DNA of 64,000 bases from Candidatus Cloacimonadales bacterium (GTDB lineage: Bacteria > Cloacimonadota > Cloacimonadia > Cloacimonadales > JAFGVF01): contig OY759729.1 of assembly GCA_963662585.1 (NCBI GenBank), positions 96,001 through 160,000 on the forward strand, given 5' to 3'. This document shows positions 20,301 through 33,400 of this stretch, one piece after another (position 1 is the stretch's first letter; the number at the start of each line of letters is the position of its first letter). The position numbers and the translations under genes are program-made. The notes beneath the pieces are model-generated. The model was not told the DNA's origin, ran no database searches, and was given only the letters and a program-made list of their open reading frames with translations.

Positions 20301-21079
20301 TGATAGAAATAGACAATTCCTTGAAGTTGTTTGTAAAATTCATTATAAGAGATTAAATTAATTTCTGATTTTTCGTCTTCACTATTTGCAACTTTAACAA
20401 AAATAACAGCTGAATTTTTTAATTCTCCTTGGAATTTATGATTCTCTAACCATTGATTCACTAATTTAGGGAAAAATACCCTTAACTTATTGACTTCAAC
20501 TTCAACTTTAACTTCTTTTTTGAGATAATCTAAGCTTTTTATGCTAAGATTTAAATTACCTTCTTCAGAGGAAAATATTTTACTTAGAGGTTGGCCAGTA
20601 ATAAAATAATCTAAATGATATCTGGAATCACCAACAATATTAATCTTTACCTCTCCCCAATTCATATTATAGTGAAAGTCAATTTCTAGGGAATAATTTT
20701 GTTTTAAAAGAATATTTAAATCAGATAGATTTTTTTTCATATCAATTAGGCAAGCATTCATTCGGAACTCTGCTAATTCTTGATTGCCAGGAAATATTGC
20801 GAGGATAGAATCACCACCATATTTAATTAAATCACCATCATAATTATCTATAGATTCATACATCTTCTCAAAATAGCTGTTTAAAAGTTCAGTGATAATC
20901 TCTACAGAATAGTGTCCACCTTTACTGACAAACTCCGTCATTTTAGTAAAGCCTTTAACATCTGTAAATAAAACTCCTGCTTCAATACTTCTTGAGTAGG
21001 GTAGTTGACTAGGTGTAAGATCTATTTCAGAAACAATTCTTCTAATTATCCCAGGTAGTAAATCATTATAATCTATCAT
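17351..21079 (-). CDS. Adenylate cyclase with tandem class III domains, STAND-type NTPase and TPR repeats (sAC-like)
   Basis: C1 GVLFTDVKGFT...KYGGDS; C2 NKIDYTDKG...GNGVNISARLM; Walker A GISGSGKS; Walker B-like FVIENIQWID; ~40-aa TPRs (GDKxG...LG). Confidence 0.9.
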   Translation of the reverse strand: MIDYNDLLPGIIRRIVSEIDLTPSQLPYSRSIEAGVLFTDVKGFTKMTEFVSKGGHYSVEIITELLNSYFEKMYESIDNYDGDLIKYGGDSILAIFPGNQELAEFRMNACLIDMKKNLSDLNILLKQNYSLEIDFHYNMNWGEVKINIVGDSRYHLDYFITGQPLSKIFSSEEGNLNLSIKSLDYLKKEVKVEVEVNKLRVFFPKLVNQWLENHKFQGELKNSAVIFVKVANSEDEKSEINLISYNEFYKQLQGIVYFYQGTINKIDYTDKGYLILITFGVPYLHNDDIERAFICSSKISQLSQTGLKTKIGLTYNNIYSGILGASKRYEYGIIGNGVNISARLMNESLDNDFTFSSEILPHIKGRYEIECIDKVKVKGISDEIEIYHVLNELSDFWSAYQGNFGNNPLFGYKEELKEMENNLLICISGISGSGKSHLIHEFLKAKIEERASICLLVLSEFEKLKPFNLFYKMINKYLIIDNIVKDFSLIKNFVLKNNVKVDLEIIYDYFNDASKDVKEKQSSIVYDILTEIILENYQENQVFVIENIQWIDAQSFELLKKLVPRLQTENKKVILTANNDYMFNELVYYSPRKIEMKNFEVSLAKEFFKSENLTISDKAITEILALAHNNPAYIKEISLIIRQNWSDSQGVFDSGDFQYLIRNGKLPISFENVLLNDFETLDEDTKQLLKYASIMGVSFSAQLFDVFSDKFIQEHIETVLAKLTNNRHIFQKLILPEVEYYFNNSLMRDAIYRTILLKEKQKLHLIIAKYYLKNFQENLSLYYEIIANHFIMAKSKTNAVKWCILAAEKNYELSAYGVSAYYYTQAYDFCGDVKQCNEILMSLVSVHVAQNKAPEVAQYLQQIEPELLTSYQLDLYYFYKIRLYELQKDFDLFNQTYQEVKNKIQSDEILFRIKLVSFDYSRMNNSIELFTELKDELAAEINSQPATFGIIYYSILGQYYLDRAEYSLSEENYLKLNQIALEHDKRLYLRISATSLGIIHSRKGNQEQALEYFQSAITIAEEIGDKHGFAKVNTEIAMIYFAQGFDDQALTTLNNCLQVAKYIGDKQQEQTVLYNLGYIYSVLQEYSKAIEYLIKARDIALFINDKVGIAYANDGLGDALFQQQKFNEAKKIYEDNLKLQESLHDREGIAHTIGNLANILREEKNYPKALEFYQIQFDALHEIGDKIGEGKALFNWGITYEILADNAKALEKLKEALKLFKEANDINYAEFTQQQIDRISND

Positions 21080-21357
21080 TAGCTCTCCATTATTAAATCA
21101 TTCTATTAAATTTCTTAAAATAGAATCTCTTAAAAATACATTTATCAGATCATAGTAAAAAAATCATTATTTCCGTTATAAAATTCTAGGCAAGTTTTTT
21201 TTACAAAAAAACCAAGAAAAAGTGATTAAAAATTCTCTTTGTTATATCAGTTACTTAGTACTTTATCCTTGTCCAATTCTTCTTCACACACTTCTTGAAT
21301 AGAAATCGAATAAGTATTGAATTGAGTGAGAAGGAACAAGATAGGACCATAGTAAGA

Positions 21358-21395
21358 CAAAAGAATAAGAGTGTGATTAAAGAAACCACACTCTT
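21358..21395 (-). terminator. Terminator downstream of the giant surface-protein gene
   Basis: AAGAGTGTG/CACACTCTT 9-bp stem followed by ATTCTTTT on the minus strand, ~20 nt after the stop. Confidence 0.6.
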
Positions 21396-21416
21396 CAATC
21401 TGTTACGGGATTTTAC

Positions 21417-24400
21417 TTATTTTTTACTTCTAGTTTTTACATTGAAGCTATCAGCAGGTGCCACCACTTCCCCATCTCTTCTCAAATAACGATGAGTACT
21501 GATAAAATCTTCTAGAGAAGACCTATCTTCACCAACGAAAGCCAAGACAAAATAGAACTGTCTATCAGCTGCTTGAGCAATATTTGCATCTGTCCAATTT
21601 AAGATACTGACATTTGCACGATATCGGAATATTCCTTGAGGGTCGTCACATGAATAAATCAAGTAAGATACATTCTCTACCGGACTTCCAGAGACTGTCT
21701 GGTTTACCTCTTCCCAAGTAAGATTTAAACTACTTCCTGCCATTGTTACTAGAGGATTTTGAGGAATAGATATTGCTTCTTCTTGAATTACTACAAATAC
21801 TTCACTACTCATAACATCGGTATAACTTCCAGTTGTCATGGTAAGAGTAGTAGTGTATAATCCAACTTCGCCATAAGTATGAGCAGGATCTCTGTCTGTA
21901 CTAGAGTGACCATCACCAAATTCCCAAAGAATACTTGTCGAAACATCATCATGACCTTCTGATTTATTATCGAATTGAATAGGTGTTCCTAAAGTAACGA
22001 ATCTACTGGTTGAATTAAAATTGACTAAGTGATGAATATAGTTCATACCCATATCAGCAACAGAACCATCAGGATCAGAAGGTAAGTTTGGATTACCAGC
22101 ATCAATACAAGTAGAATAGATATTGAGTTCTAAATTATGATTATCATCGGAATCATCAAAGTTAGGGTCAACATTCATATTTCCATCACCAGGAGCGTAA
22201 CCTGAAGCCATAGATATATCATTATACTCGAAAGTAGCGTTTACTTGATCGCCACTAGCAAGATCAGCACTTGATAGTAGGCTTCCCCAAATTATATTCT
22301 GACTAAGGTATGGAGACGAATTTTCACCATTGATAATTCTATCATAGCCTAAAATATTATTATTTAGGATTTGTATGATGTCATTATTATTAATGGTGAA
22401 GCAAGTTACCAAATCTTCTAACTGGCTTTCAAAGTGGTTATGATGAATTTGAGTTGCACATTCTTCACCAGAAAGTATAATAGCTGTAATATTGTCGATT
22501 AAGGCATTTCTTTCAATATTAGCTGAATTATTCCCACTAGCCATTAATCCAACATTAAAACCTTCAACAAGTGAATTTCTTATCCAAGCATTAGCTTGCT
22601 CAGTTAAAGTGATACCAACTCCAACATTTCTGCTAGTGTTTGTTGTATGCCTTACTCTAATATTAGTAAGTACAGGTAGAGTTACATCACTTGAATAGAG
22701 ATTAATACCATCAGTAACATTTTCAGATTCGAAATCTGTTAGCTTGAAGTTGATAAGTCCAACACTTTTAAATGCTACAGCATCAGTTCTTGAAGTATTA
22801 GTAGTATGTCTAACTCTTATATTTGTCAGAACTGGACAAGTAGGCTCAGTCCTTGTTAGATTCTCAAAATAAATACCAGTCAAGCAATCTTCAACTTCTA
22901 CAGAATCCATTACAGCTTGTATAGAACCAAGCAGTTCAATACCTCTTCCACCTAATTCACGAGAAGTATTAGTAGTATGTCTGACTCTAATATTAGTTAA
23001 GACAGGTGCAGTAGAACCTGAAGAATAGATAGAAATACCATCTTTAACATTATCAGATTCGAAATCACTTAATACTAACTTAACTAATCCACTAGTTTTA
23101 AGAGCTATAGCATCAGTTCGTGAAGTATTGGTAGTATGTCTAACTCTAATATTAGTTAGGACTGGTATTGTCTCTTCACTTCTATCACTATTATCAAAAT
23201 TGATACCTGTTACGAAATCTTCAATGATAACATCTGAAATCTGTGGTGAAATATCGCCAATGAAATCCAGTGCTTTTCCGCCAAGATCTCTTGAGGTATT
23301 AGTTGTATGTCTTACTCTGATATTAGTTAAGACTGGGGCAGTTGAACCTGAAGAGTAAATAGAAATACCATCTTTAACATTTTCTGATTCAAAGCCTGTA
23401 ATTTGTAAATCAACTTTACCAATACTCTTTAAAGCCACAGCATCAGTTCTTGAAGTATTAGTTGTATGCCTTACTCTAATATTGGAAAGAGTTGGAATAG
23501 TAGTCTCGGTTCTTTCACTATTTTCAAAATAGATTCCTGTAAGGAAATCATCTACTTCTAAAGAGTCTATCTCGGCATTTATCACTCCAATAAACTCAAT
23601 AGCTGTATCACCTAAATTTCTAGAGGTGTTAGTTGTATGTCTTACTCTAATATTAGTCAAGACTGGGGTAGTTGTTGAACTTAGAGCATCAAAGATAATG
23701 GCCTTTGAGAAGTCATCAATAACAGAGTCACTAATTCTTGGTGAGCTATTACCTTGAACTTTCACAGCATAAGTATCATCGACTCTTGAAGTATTAGTAG
23801 TGTGCCTTACTCTAATATTTGTCAAGACAGGGCTTGAAGAAGTTGAAGTTGATTTGATTTCTATACCTTTAGCAAAATCTTCAATATCAAGATCATCAAT
23901 AGTTAAATTTGAATCTTGGATTTTAACAGCTATAGCATTTTCATCTTCTGTTCTAGAAGTATTTGTTGTATGTCTTACTCTAATATTGGATAAAACAGGA
24001 ACATTGTCAGAAGAGTCTCCGAGAATCTCTATTGCTGAAGTATATTTATCGATGTCAAGATTATTTATAAGAGCTTGAGAGCTACCGATTATTTTAATAG
24101 CTGAATGGTCACTATCAACACCTTCTATATTAATTCCTGATAAGATTGGAGAAGCATTATTTATCTCAATAGCTTTAGCACTGTTTTTAAAAGTACAGTT
24201 AGTAAGACTGGAGTTATTTTCAGAGGCATTGAATTTAATTCCTTGCCATTGACTAATTTCTCTTGAGCCATTATCTGCTAAACCAAATATAACACCATCA
24301 GCGACTAAGCCACCTTCAATAACGAATTCTGTATCTTCTAAGAAGTTAATAACAGTTCCCTCTTCAATTGTTAAGGTCGTACCTGATTCAATTGAGACTT

Positions 24401-27400
24401 GGCCGTAAACATTATATGGTGAGAAGGCAACTTCCCAATTACCGAAATAGTTTCCACCAGGGATAGAAGTACCTTCGACTGTTATATAATCTTCATACAT
24501 AACACTATCTGAGGCTACCAGCATATCATCCTCGTCAATATAGGAGACTACTAAACTTATCGAGTATGAGCCACCTGTATTATATGTGAAACTAGGATTT
24601 TGTAGATTACTATCAACAGTAGTATCATTATCTAAATACCAAGCCCAATGATTTGGATTTCCAACAGTTAAATCTGTGAAGTTAACAGTTTGACCAGATA
24701 ATAGTTCTGTATCATCAGCTTCAAACTGAGCTTCATAAGAGTCAGTAATATATACTTCAAGATCTTGTGAGGTAACTAATCTTCCTGTTCCGTCACTCAC
24801 ACTAAGAGTTAAAGTCTCCATACCTACCCATTCTTCAGGAGCAGAGAAAGTAACTTCTAAACCAAGAATATCGCAAGTAATTTGATCATTTCCTGTGATT
24901 GCTAAGGACAATAAGGAAAGACTTTGTTCAGGGTCATAAAGATGATTTGCAAAGTCAATAACTTGTCTAGTAGTTTGTAACATGGAAATTGATGAAGGTA
25001 ACTCTAAGAAATGAGGAGCATCTGGAACATCAATAACTGTTACCGTGATGATATCACTAGCTACTGCTTGATAATTGTCTGTTGCAGTAAAAGTCAATTC
25101 TTCAATACCATACCAATCTAACTCAGGTCTTAAAGTAACTATACCATTTGATATTTGAGCTTGAATATGATTATTACCTGATACTCTGAAGATTAAATTA
25201 TCTCCATCTGCATCGGTGAAGTAGTTTCTTAAGTCAAGATCTTGATTAAGGCCATCTTCATTCATATTAATGTTTGGTATTGAACTAACTAAGATTGGAG
25301 CTGTATTAACTACACTGATATAATTGCTTCTTAGCAAAGAATGAGTTTCAGCATTTTCATTATGAACTGTTAATCTTACTGAGTAGTTTCCTCTCTTTTC
25401 ATAAATAAAAGAAGGATTAACTTCGTTACTATCAACAATACCATCGTTTTGGAAATCCCATTCATATTCAGTAATCTCAGAATCGTCTGATGTTTGAGAA
25501 TAGTTAGTAAAAGTAACTTCTAAATTCTTAGCACCTGTTAGTGGACTAGCATTGAAGTTAGCTGTTATTAATCTTTCTAAAACAGTCATTGTGACATAGA
25601 CTAAGGAAGTTGTATTTTCAGGATCATCCGAAGTGACTTGGATTATGGCATTATAGTTTCCTTCAGTTAAATCATAACTACTAAAACTTAGTTCTATCTC
25701 TTCACTAGCATCTGGTAAAATAGAAAGAAGAGTTGGAGCTAGAGTCAACCATGAAGTTCCACTGACTGAAATTGAAGTTATATTTAAGCTACTATTTCCA
25801 GTATTTGAAATAGTAAAATAAGCAAGATCAGTTCCAAAACGCGGAATTGAAATAGTAATTTCAGTTGTAGAAAGTTCAAGATGTGGAGCTTCTGTAGTGC
25901 TTGCACTAAGACTAACAACTTGAGAAGGATTATTTGGATCATTTGATTCAATAATTAATTCTTCATTAAAGTTTCCTTCTTCAGAACTTGCATAAGTAAC
26001 AGAAATAGTCTCACTTTCCCCAGTTTGGAGTACAAAGGCTCTATCTATAACAGAGAAAAGAGAATTCGTAGTAGTAAGAGAAATAATGCTTAAAGGAGCA
26101 TATCCTTGGTTAGTTATCTGGATATTTCTTATCTTAGGATATCCAAGATAATTTTCACCAAAATTAATCTGCTCATTTACGCTTAGTACAGGATCTCCAG
26201 ATAAAACACTTAAGGAAGTAGTTCTCTCACCTTGCTTAACATCTGTTTCATTATCATAAATTGCCAATTTCACACTATAACTTCCCACAGAACTGCTAGA
26301 AGGTAGTTGTAAGGAAGCACTTGCTTGATAACTAGCAGAGACAGATAAATCAATGATTTGAGTGGATGAATCTAAGACCTCTAAATCGGAATTAACTAAT
26401 TCATACTCAGCTCTGACGGTCTGACTATAAAGCTGACTTGTCATTACTGAGTTAACTTCTAATACCTCACCTGGATAATAGTTAGTTCTGTTGAGATTTA
26501 GAGAGTTTATAGAGGCATAAATTGGGGATTGATTAAAGACAACTTGTCCCCAGATTATCTTCGAGCTTCCAGAATCAACACCATTCACATCAAGAGATAT
26601 CTCTATTTCATTAGCAACATTCTCACCCAGGTTCATCAAAGATGGCTCTATTGCAAATTCTGTTATGCTATAATTATTGCGTGAACCAACTAATTGACCA
26701 ACCCAACTGCCATTAACAAAGACATAGTTAATCTCACCTGGATCAATATCATAAGCTCTAATTCTTAATTTTGCATATTCGATAGCTGTTTCATTAGTAT
26801 AGATGAAGAATTCAACAGGAGCATTAGGTGAATTTTCATTTATATCAACTCCCAGGTCATTATCTGCTGTTTCAAGAAACTCATTTCCCGCATTGTCTGT
26901 ATCAGTGAAATTGAAATTCGAGTGATTCAAAATCATAGGAAGAGATTTGCTTGCATTATTTGGGTCATTACTTGTGATAACGAAATTAGCAAAGTAAGAA
27001 CCAAAATTAATATTTCTAGTATCAATAGTAAGGTTAATAGTTTCTGAAGCACCTACAGCTATTGTACCTGAGACAGGGTTTGCTGATAACCAAGGAACTG
27101 CTATAGTTTCTGCAGTAAGAGAATATTCTAACTGAGATTCGCCTTCATTGCTAATTACTATTTCATCATAGAAGAGAGTATTATCCAAGATAAACCAATC
27201 TAAAGAACTTCTATTAACTAGAATTTGTGGAACATAAAGCCCCCTACCGCTCATAGTGATTTCTAGATTTTCACTATTGTTAGCATTAGAAATAATATCT
27301 AAGATAGCATTTACTTCTTCATCTCCAGTTGGTGTAAATCTTACTGTAAGGACTCTACTGTTACCTGCTTGAATATTCATAGGATTACTGATTGATGGAG

Positions 27401-30400
27401 TAGAAAGTGAAATAAAGTCAGGATGATTAGAATTTATTCCTGTAATTCTTAACACTCCTGTACCTTGATTATATAAAGTATATTCTATTTCGCTACTATT
27501 CCCTACATGAACTTCTGAAAACTCTAAGCTACTAGTTGAAGCATATATTTCAGCACTAGCCTCCATACCATAACCAGTTAAATTTACAGTCTCTTCTCCA
27601 CTAGCAATATCATTACTAACTATTACTAACTCAGCACTCTTAGAGCCTTGACTTTGAGGAGTAAAGGAAGCAGTTATTGTCCTTGAAGCTTCAGGAGCAA
27701 GGATAAATGAAGGAGGAGATACCAAGAATTCCCCTGCACCAACGCTCATAGATGATACCTGTAAGGTTGAGCTTCCATTGTTAGTAATGGTGAAAGTCTC
27801 TGTACCTGAATTTCCGATAAGCACAGAACCAAAATCAATGTCTGTTGCTGAAACAGTAATAGTTGGACTACCAGTAACTGTTAATTGAACAGGTATTGTC
27901 TGAACACCTTCAGGATCATTGCTATTAAGAACAATCTGAGCTGAATAACTTCCAGCATAAACATTTGTAGCTGTGATATTCACTAAGACACTATTATTAT
28001 TACCAGCTAGTATATTTCCAGAAGAAGGAGTTACTGATAACCAATCACTAGCATCAACACTACGACTTCTATTGTTTGTACTTTCTCTACTAACATCACT
28101 TATGACAATTTCATAAGTTAATTCTCTATCTCCTGAATTACTTATTACTAGAGATTCTTCAGTCTCTTGTCCATAATTTAAGAAAGATGAAATTGAGCTT
28201 AAAGAAAGTTCCATTATCGGCGGTAGATAGCCCTGCCCACTAAGAGAAATTGCTTCATTTCCGGCATTAGTTTGAATTTCTAAGCTTGCAGTGAATTCTG
28301 TGTTAGAATTAGGAGCGAATTCAACAGTAATATTTCCTGATTCTCCAGGAGCAAGAGAAGAAATCGATGAAACAATAGTAAAGACTCCCTCTGGAATAAT
28401 ACTAACATCAGTAATCACTAATTCATCACTACCTGTATTAACTATTGCGATATCTTCAGTTTGAGAATATTCTACAGCAACTTCCCCAAAATTGATTTGG
28501 TTGCTATCAACTGTATAATCAGGATATCCCACAACTCTCATGGATACTGGAAGATTTACTAAGTTGTTCTGAGGATCATTAGAAGTAAATCTTAAACTTC
28601 CACTATAATCTCCACCATAAATACCTGTTGGATCAAGGGTAATGTTTATATCTTGATTCTCTCCAGCAGGAATTGTTCCGGCAATATTATCTGCTGATAA
28701 CCAGCGACCATCATCTACTTGGAAGAGTGGACCAGCTATATCACTTACCCAGACATCTTTTCCATTGTTAGCAAAGGAATAAATAACACTATTATCATAA
28801 AATACTTTTTCCTTGGTAACAACAATCGAGCCATTTACTAATCTAAGTTGAAGTATCTTTCCACCTGTGATTTCTTCGTTTTCAATAACATTCTGGAAAG
28901 CCCATAGTTCATTATTATAGTAATGTCCAACCCAGGCTAATTGACTGATATTTTTTCCTAAATAAGCACTGTAAGTGTTGATTATCTCACCACTATGAGA
29001 AACCCTATAAATAGTAGTCATAGCCTCATCGCCGAATGCTCTGTTTAGCAAGAAGCTATCTCCAACATAGGTAATCGCTGGGAAGTAATCTACTGGAGAA
29101 GTAAAACTTCCTATAGGAGGATTTGAACTAGTATTTAAAGTAGTAGGGTCATATCCATAAACATTACCTGATTGATTACCAATCCAGAAATAAGTACCAT
29201 CATAGGTAATACCATAAGGTAGGGTATGAATAGGATAAGATGCTGTAACTTGATTAGTTTCAATGCTGTATTTAACCAACAATCCGCTTGTTTGATTTTC
29301 ATTATCTTTATTATAATCGACAATATAGAGTTCGTCATTTAACCAATACATTCCAGCATTCCAAACAGGCATATTAGGATAAGTTGCTATTTGGTCTCCT
29401 AAGAATCTGCCTTGGTTATCTTGATTTATAACATAATTAGGTAATTCATTTCTTAGCATATTCCTACTTTCATCAGCATAGAGTCCGATTGGACTTAACT
29501 CATTATTAGTAGAGAAATTCTCCCCTCTTTCATTTGTTTCATCCAAAGCTAGAGAATAGTTTAAATCAGAACCACCTGTATTAGATAATCTAACAACTTG
29601 AGTATCTTGACTATCAATAGTTAAATCTACAAGTAATGAAGCAGGATTTACAGAAATAGTAGGTTGGCCTTGAGCAATAGCAGTTAATTCAATTTGATAT
29701 TCACTATTGCTAAGATCATTTGAAACAAGAGTTAATATTGCTGTTTTAACTCCACTACTTGTAGGAGTAAAGGAAACACTAATCGCTTGCGAGACTAAAG
29801 GCTCAATCTGATAAGTTGTTTCAGTAACAGAAAACTCTGCACTATTAAGATTAATATTGCTTATTTCTAAAACAGAAGTTCCGGCATTTGAAATCACCAG
29901 ATTCTCTGTAAGAGTTTGTCCTACGAAGCTAGTAGCAAATTCAATCTCATCTGAGGAGACAATAATGTTTGCATCTCCATTTACCTCAAAACTTACAGGA
30001 ACGATTGTTACAGGAGTTTCAGCATCATTACTATTAATAATAAGGTTAGCTTGATAGCTTCCAGCAAATAAGTTACTTGCATCATAGTTCAAATTAATAA
30101 TTTGGTCTTGACCAACTAGCAATGAACCTGATACTGGGCTGAGAGTTAACCAGTTGAATTCTCCAATATTATCATCAATTCTATATAGTTTAGGACTTTC
30201 TACAAGATCAGGAGCAATCCATAAATCTCGTCCGTTATGAGCAAGTGCATAAGATATACCAGAGAATTCACTATAGTTAATCTGATTTAGAATTGAAGCG
30301 GTAGCTGGGACTAACTGCCTGAGCTTATTAGCAGAATAATCAAGAGTCCAAAGCTCGCCACCTGTGTGATCAGTAACCCAAACCATTTGATTGATCTTAC

Positions 30401-33400
30401 CGTTGAAATTAGTCTGAATAGCAGAACTGATAACATTACCAGTAGTATCTACATTATAGATTTGAGGATTATTATTCGAAGAAGAGCATACTATAAAGTT
30501 ATCTCCATTCCAAGCCATTGCAGGATTACCCAATAGTGTATTAGTAAATTGTGTTACTAAATTTCCACTTAAATCATAAGAATAGAAAGTACCTGTTGAA
30601 GAGCCTATCCAGAGATTATTTCCATCATAAGTAATACCAAAAGGTGAATTATGAATAGGATATTGAGCTATAACTTCTTGGCTTGTAATATCATATTTGT
30701 AGAGTTTGTTTTGACTATAACTTACAACAAATAAATAGCCATCAACCCAAACCATACCTTTATTACTGACAGGAAGATTCTCAAATTCTCCCGTAACAAT
30801 ATCACGACTTTCTACTTCTTCTATCTCAAGATTGAAATTAAGTTGCTCACCCTGAACATTACTAATAGTGAGTTCTTGAGAAGTCTCTGTCCCACTACTT
30901 GCTTGAGCCGAGAAAGTAGTTTGAGAAATAGCAATTTGTGGAGTATAAACCCCACTACCTGATAGTTCTATAGTTCTGATAACTGTTCCAGGTAGATTAC
31001 TTGTGAAGCTTAATTCTGAATCATATGCTGTTTCAGCTTCAGGTGCAAAAGTAAGTACTATTCTCTCACTCCCATTAGCAGGAATGTTTAATTCAGTAAC
31101 TTGAGTAGAGAACACATCATTGTCGATATTAAAATCATTTAGACTTAGTATATCACTTCCTGTATTTGTTATTAAGACAGATAAGGTATCTGAATAACCA
31201 ATAAAGCTATTTCCAAATTCAAGACTAGCTGGAGAAATTACTAGATTAGGAATACCAGTAACAGTAACATTTAAAGGAATCTCTATATTATCTTCATCAG
31301 GGTCATTGGAAGTTAATTCTATTATTTGGTTATAGCTTCCTCCAATTATATTTGTAGCATCAAGATTGATATCAATCGAAGTTACCTCACTTACTGCTAA
31401 TTCACCTGAGGTCGTGGAGAAGGCTATCCAACTAGGAATAGTCGATACTTCACTTTCAGTAATAGCTGCGTTGCCATAGAGAACCCCAGCTGTTTGATAA
31501 GTTGAGTTATCTCTTAGATCTTCTTGGTCAAAATTCCAGTAACCACCCAAGTCTTGTTCGTTTCCCACAAGCCTAACATTGCGGTAGTTATTAATCTGAG
31601 TCTGACTTCTAGCACTTTCCCAAATTCTAAATTCATCAATTGCACCATCAAAGCGATACCAATTACTTCCTGTTTGATTCATCTTTCCTAAGATCCATGG
31701 GTCATAGTTGCCACTAAAGGCGACCACAGACTCTTCAGAGATTAAAGAACCATCAAGATAAACTTGCAGAACATTATCACTATAACTAACTGCTATATGA
31801 TACCACTGTTGAAGTTCAATATTATTCGCTACTAAGAACTCTCTATTAGTACCATTATTAAGAGCTATTTTTAAATTCTTATCAGTAACTTCATTATCAA
31901 TTCCGTCAGTATAAATACCAAAAGAACCATTTTGTGAAGCAGTTGATTTACTTATAATACACTGCTTACCTCCATTATAGAGGGAACCATTAGAGCGTTG
32001 ACCTAAGTTAGAATCAACTCTAAACCACATTTCCACAGCGAAGCTTCCACCGTATAATTGAATTGAAGCTCTATTTCTGATATAGCCATAATCAACTGTT
32101 GAAGAGTTAAATCCATCGACTTCAAACATCTTACCGAAATTATCTTTAATATTCCAAGTGAGATTATTTCCACCAGTATTGCTTAACTCTAAAGTTTCAG
32201 TAATAGTTTCTCCCACGCTCATAGCAACTTGATATTCATTAGGATTATAAGTAACTTGAGGAGCTATTGATCCTTGGCCACTAACTGGAATAACTAAAGT
32301 AGCTTGGTTATCAGCATTACTTATAATAGTTATGTTTCCTGTATATTGCTCAACATTAGTTGGACTAAAAGTAACATTAAATACTAACTCTTCATTAGTA
32401 TTCAAAATACTTCCTGCATAATCAGAATCTAATATAAAGTTAAGATTATCAGAAGTAATTTCTGTAATCTCAAGAGCAGCAGGTCCTACATTGCTTACTA
32501 TTATTGACTTACTATCAGGAGTAATTGTGTAAATATTGCCAAAATCAATGTTACTCTGTGAAACTTCGATATAAGGTACATTAGCAATACCAATACCTGT
32601 CAGGGATAAAACTAAGGCAGGAGTATTTGTTGCATTGCTAAAAATACTTAATTCACCTTCTACTTGACCTAAAGCTGAAGGAGTAAATGTGACTATTACT
32701 TCTTGAGTTTCATTAAAAGCTATACTTGCAGAATCTACATTGCTTATGAAATCTGCATGATTACTATTAATTTCAGTAATTACCAAATCAGCATGACCTG
32801 TATTTGTAATAGATAGAACTTCTTCTTTGCTTTCATTTTCTAGAACTGTACCAAAATCAAGAATTTGATTCTCTACTAAGATTTCAGATTCGAAAGGTTT
32901 AACTTCAAAGTTGGAAGTTAAAAGTGCTTGTTGAAGATTACTGATATTATCATAGACAATGACTTGAAGTTCATAAATTCCAGGTGTATAATAGTCTGCT
33001 ATTTCTAAGCTTTCGCTAATAGCATCACTTTGAGTTCCATTGATAGTGAAAACCCTCGAGCTACCAGTAACTATTGTTTGCCAAGGCGAATAGATTGTAG
33101 TCTCTACTCTAATTTCTTGAGAAGAAAGATTAGTATCTATCTCTTCAGTAACTTCCACAGTTGCTCCAGCATAATAAGAACTCTTATCTAAATCGATATA
33201 TCTAATAGAAGCATTAAGACTACTATTATCATAGCTTAACTGTCCCCAATCTACTTTGATAGTATTACCTACGAAATCTGTATCAACCTGAATTTCCACT
33301 TTATTAACTAAAGTACTACTTAGATAACTAGGCTCAAGATCAAATAGAGTAGTTGTCCAACTATTAGCTATTCCTCTTAATTCACCAAGGATATAACCAT

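Noticed and set aside
21295..21489. 64-aa plus-strand ORF
   Set aside because: TTG start, crosses a terminator and overlaps the giant gene's 3' end; no motif
22628..23990. CRISPR array or DGR template/variable repeats
   Set aside because: Repeats are in frame, vary at synonymous sites and are 160-170 nt apart; no cas or reverse transcriptase gene in the window
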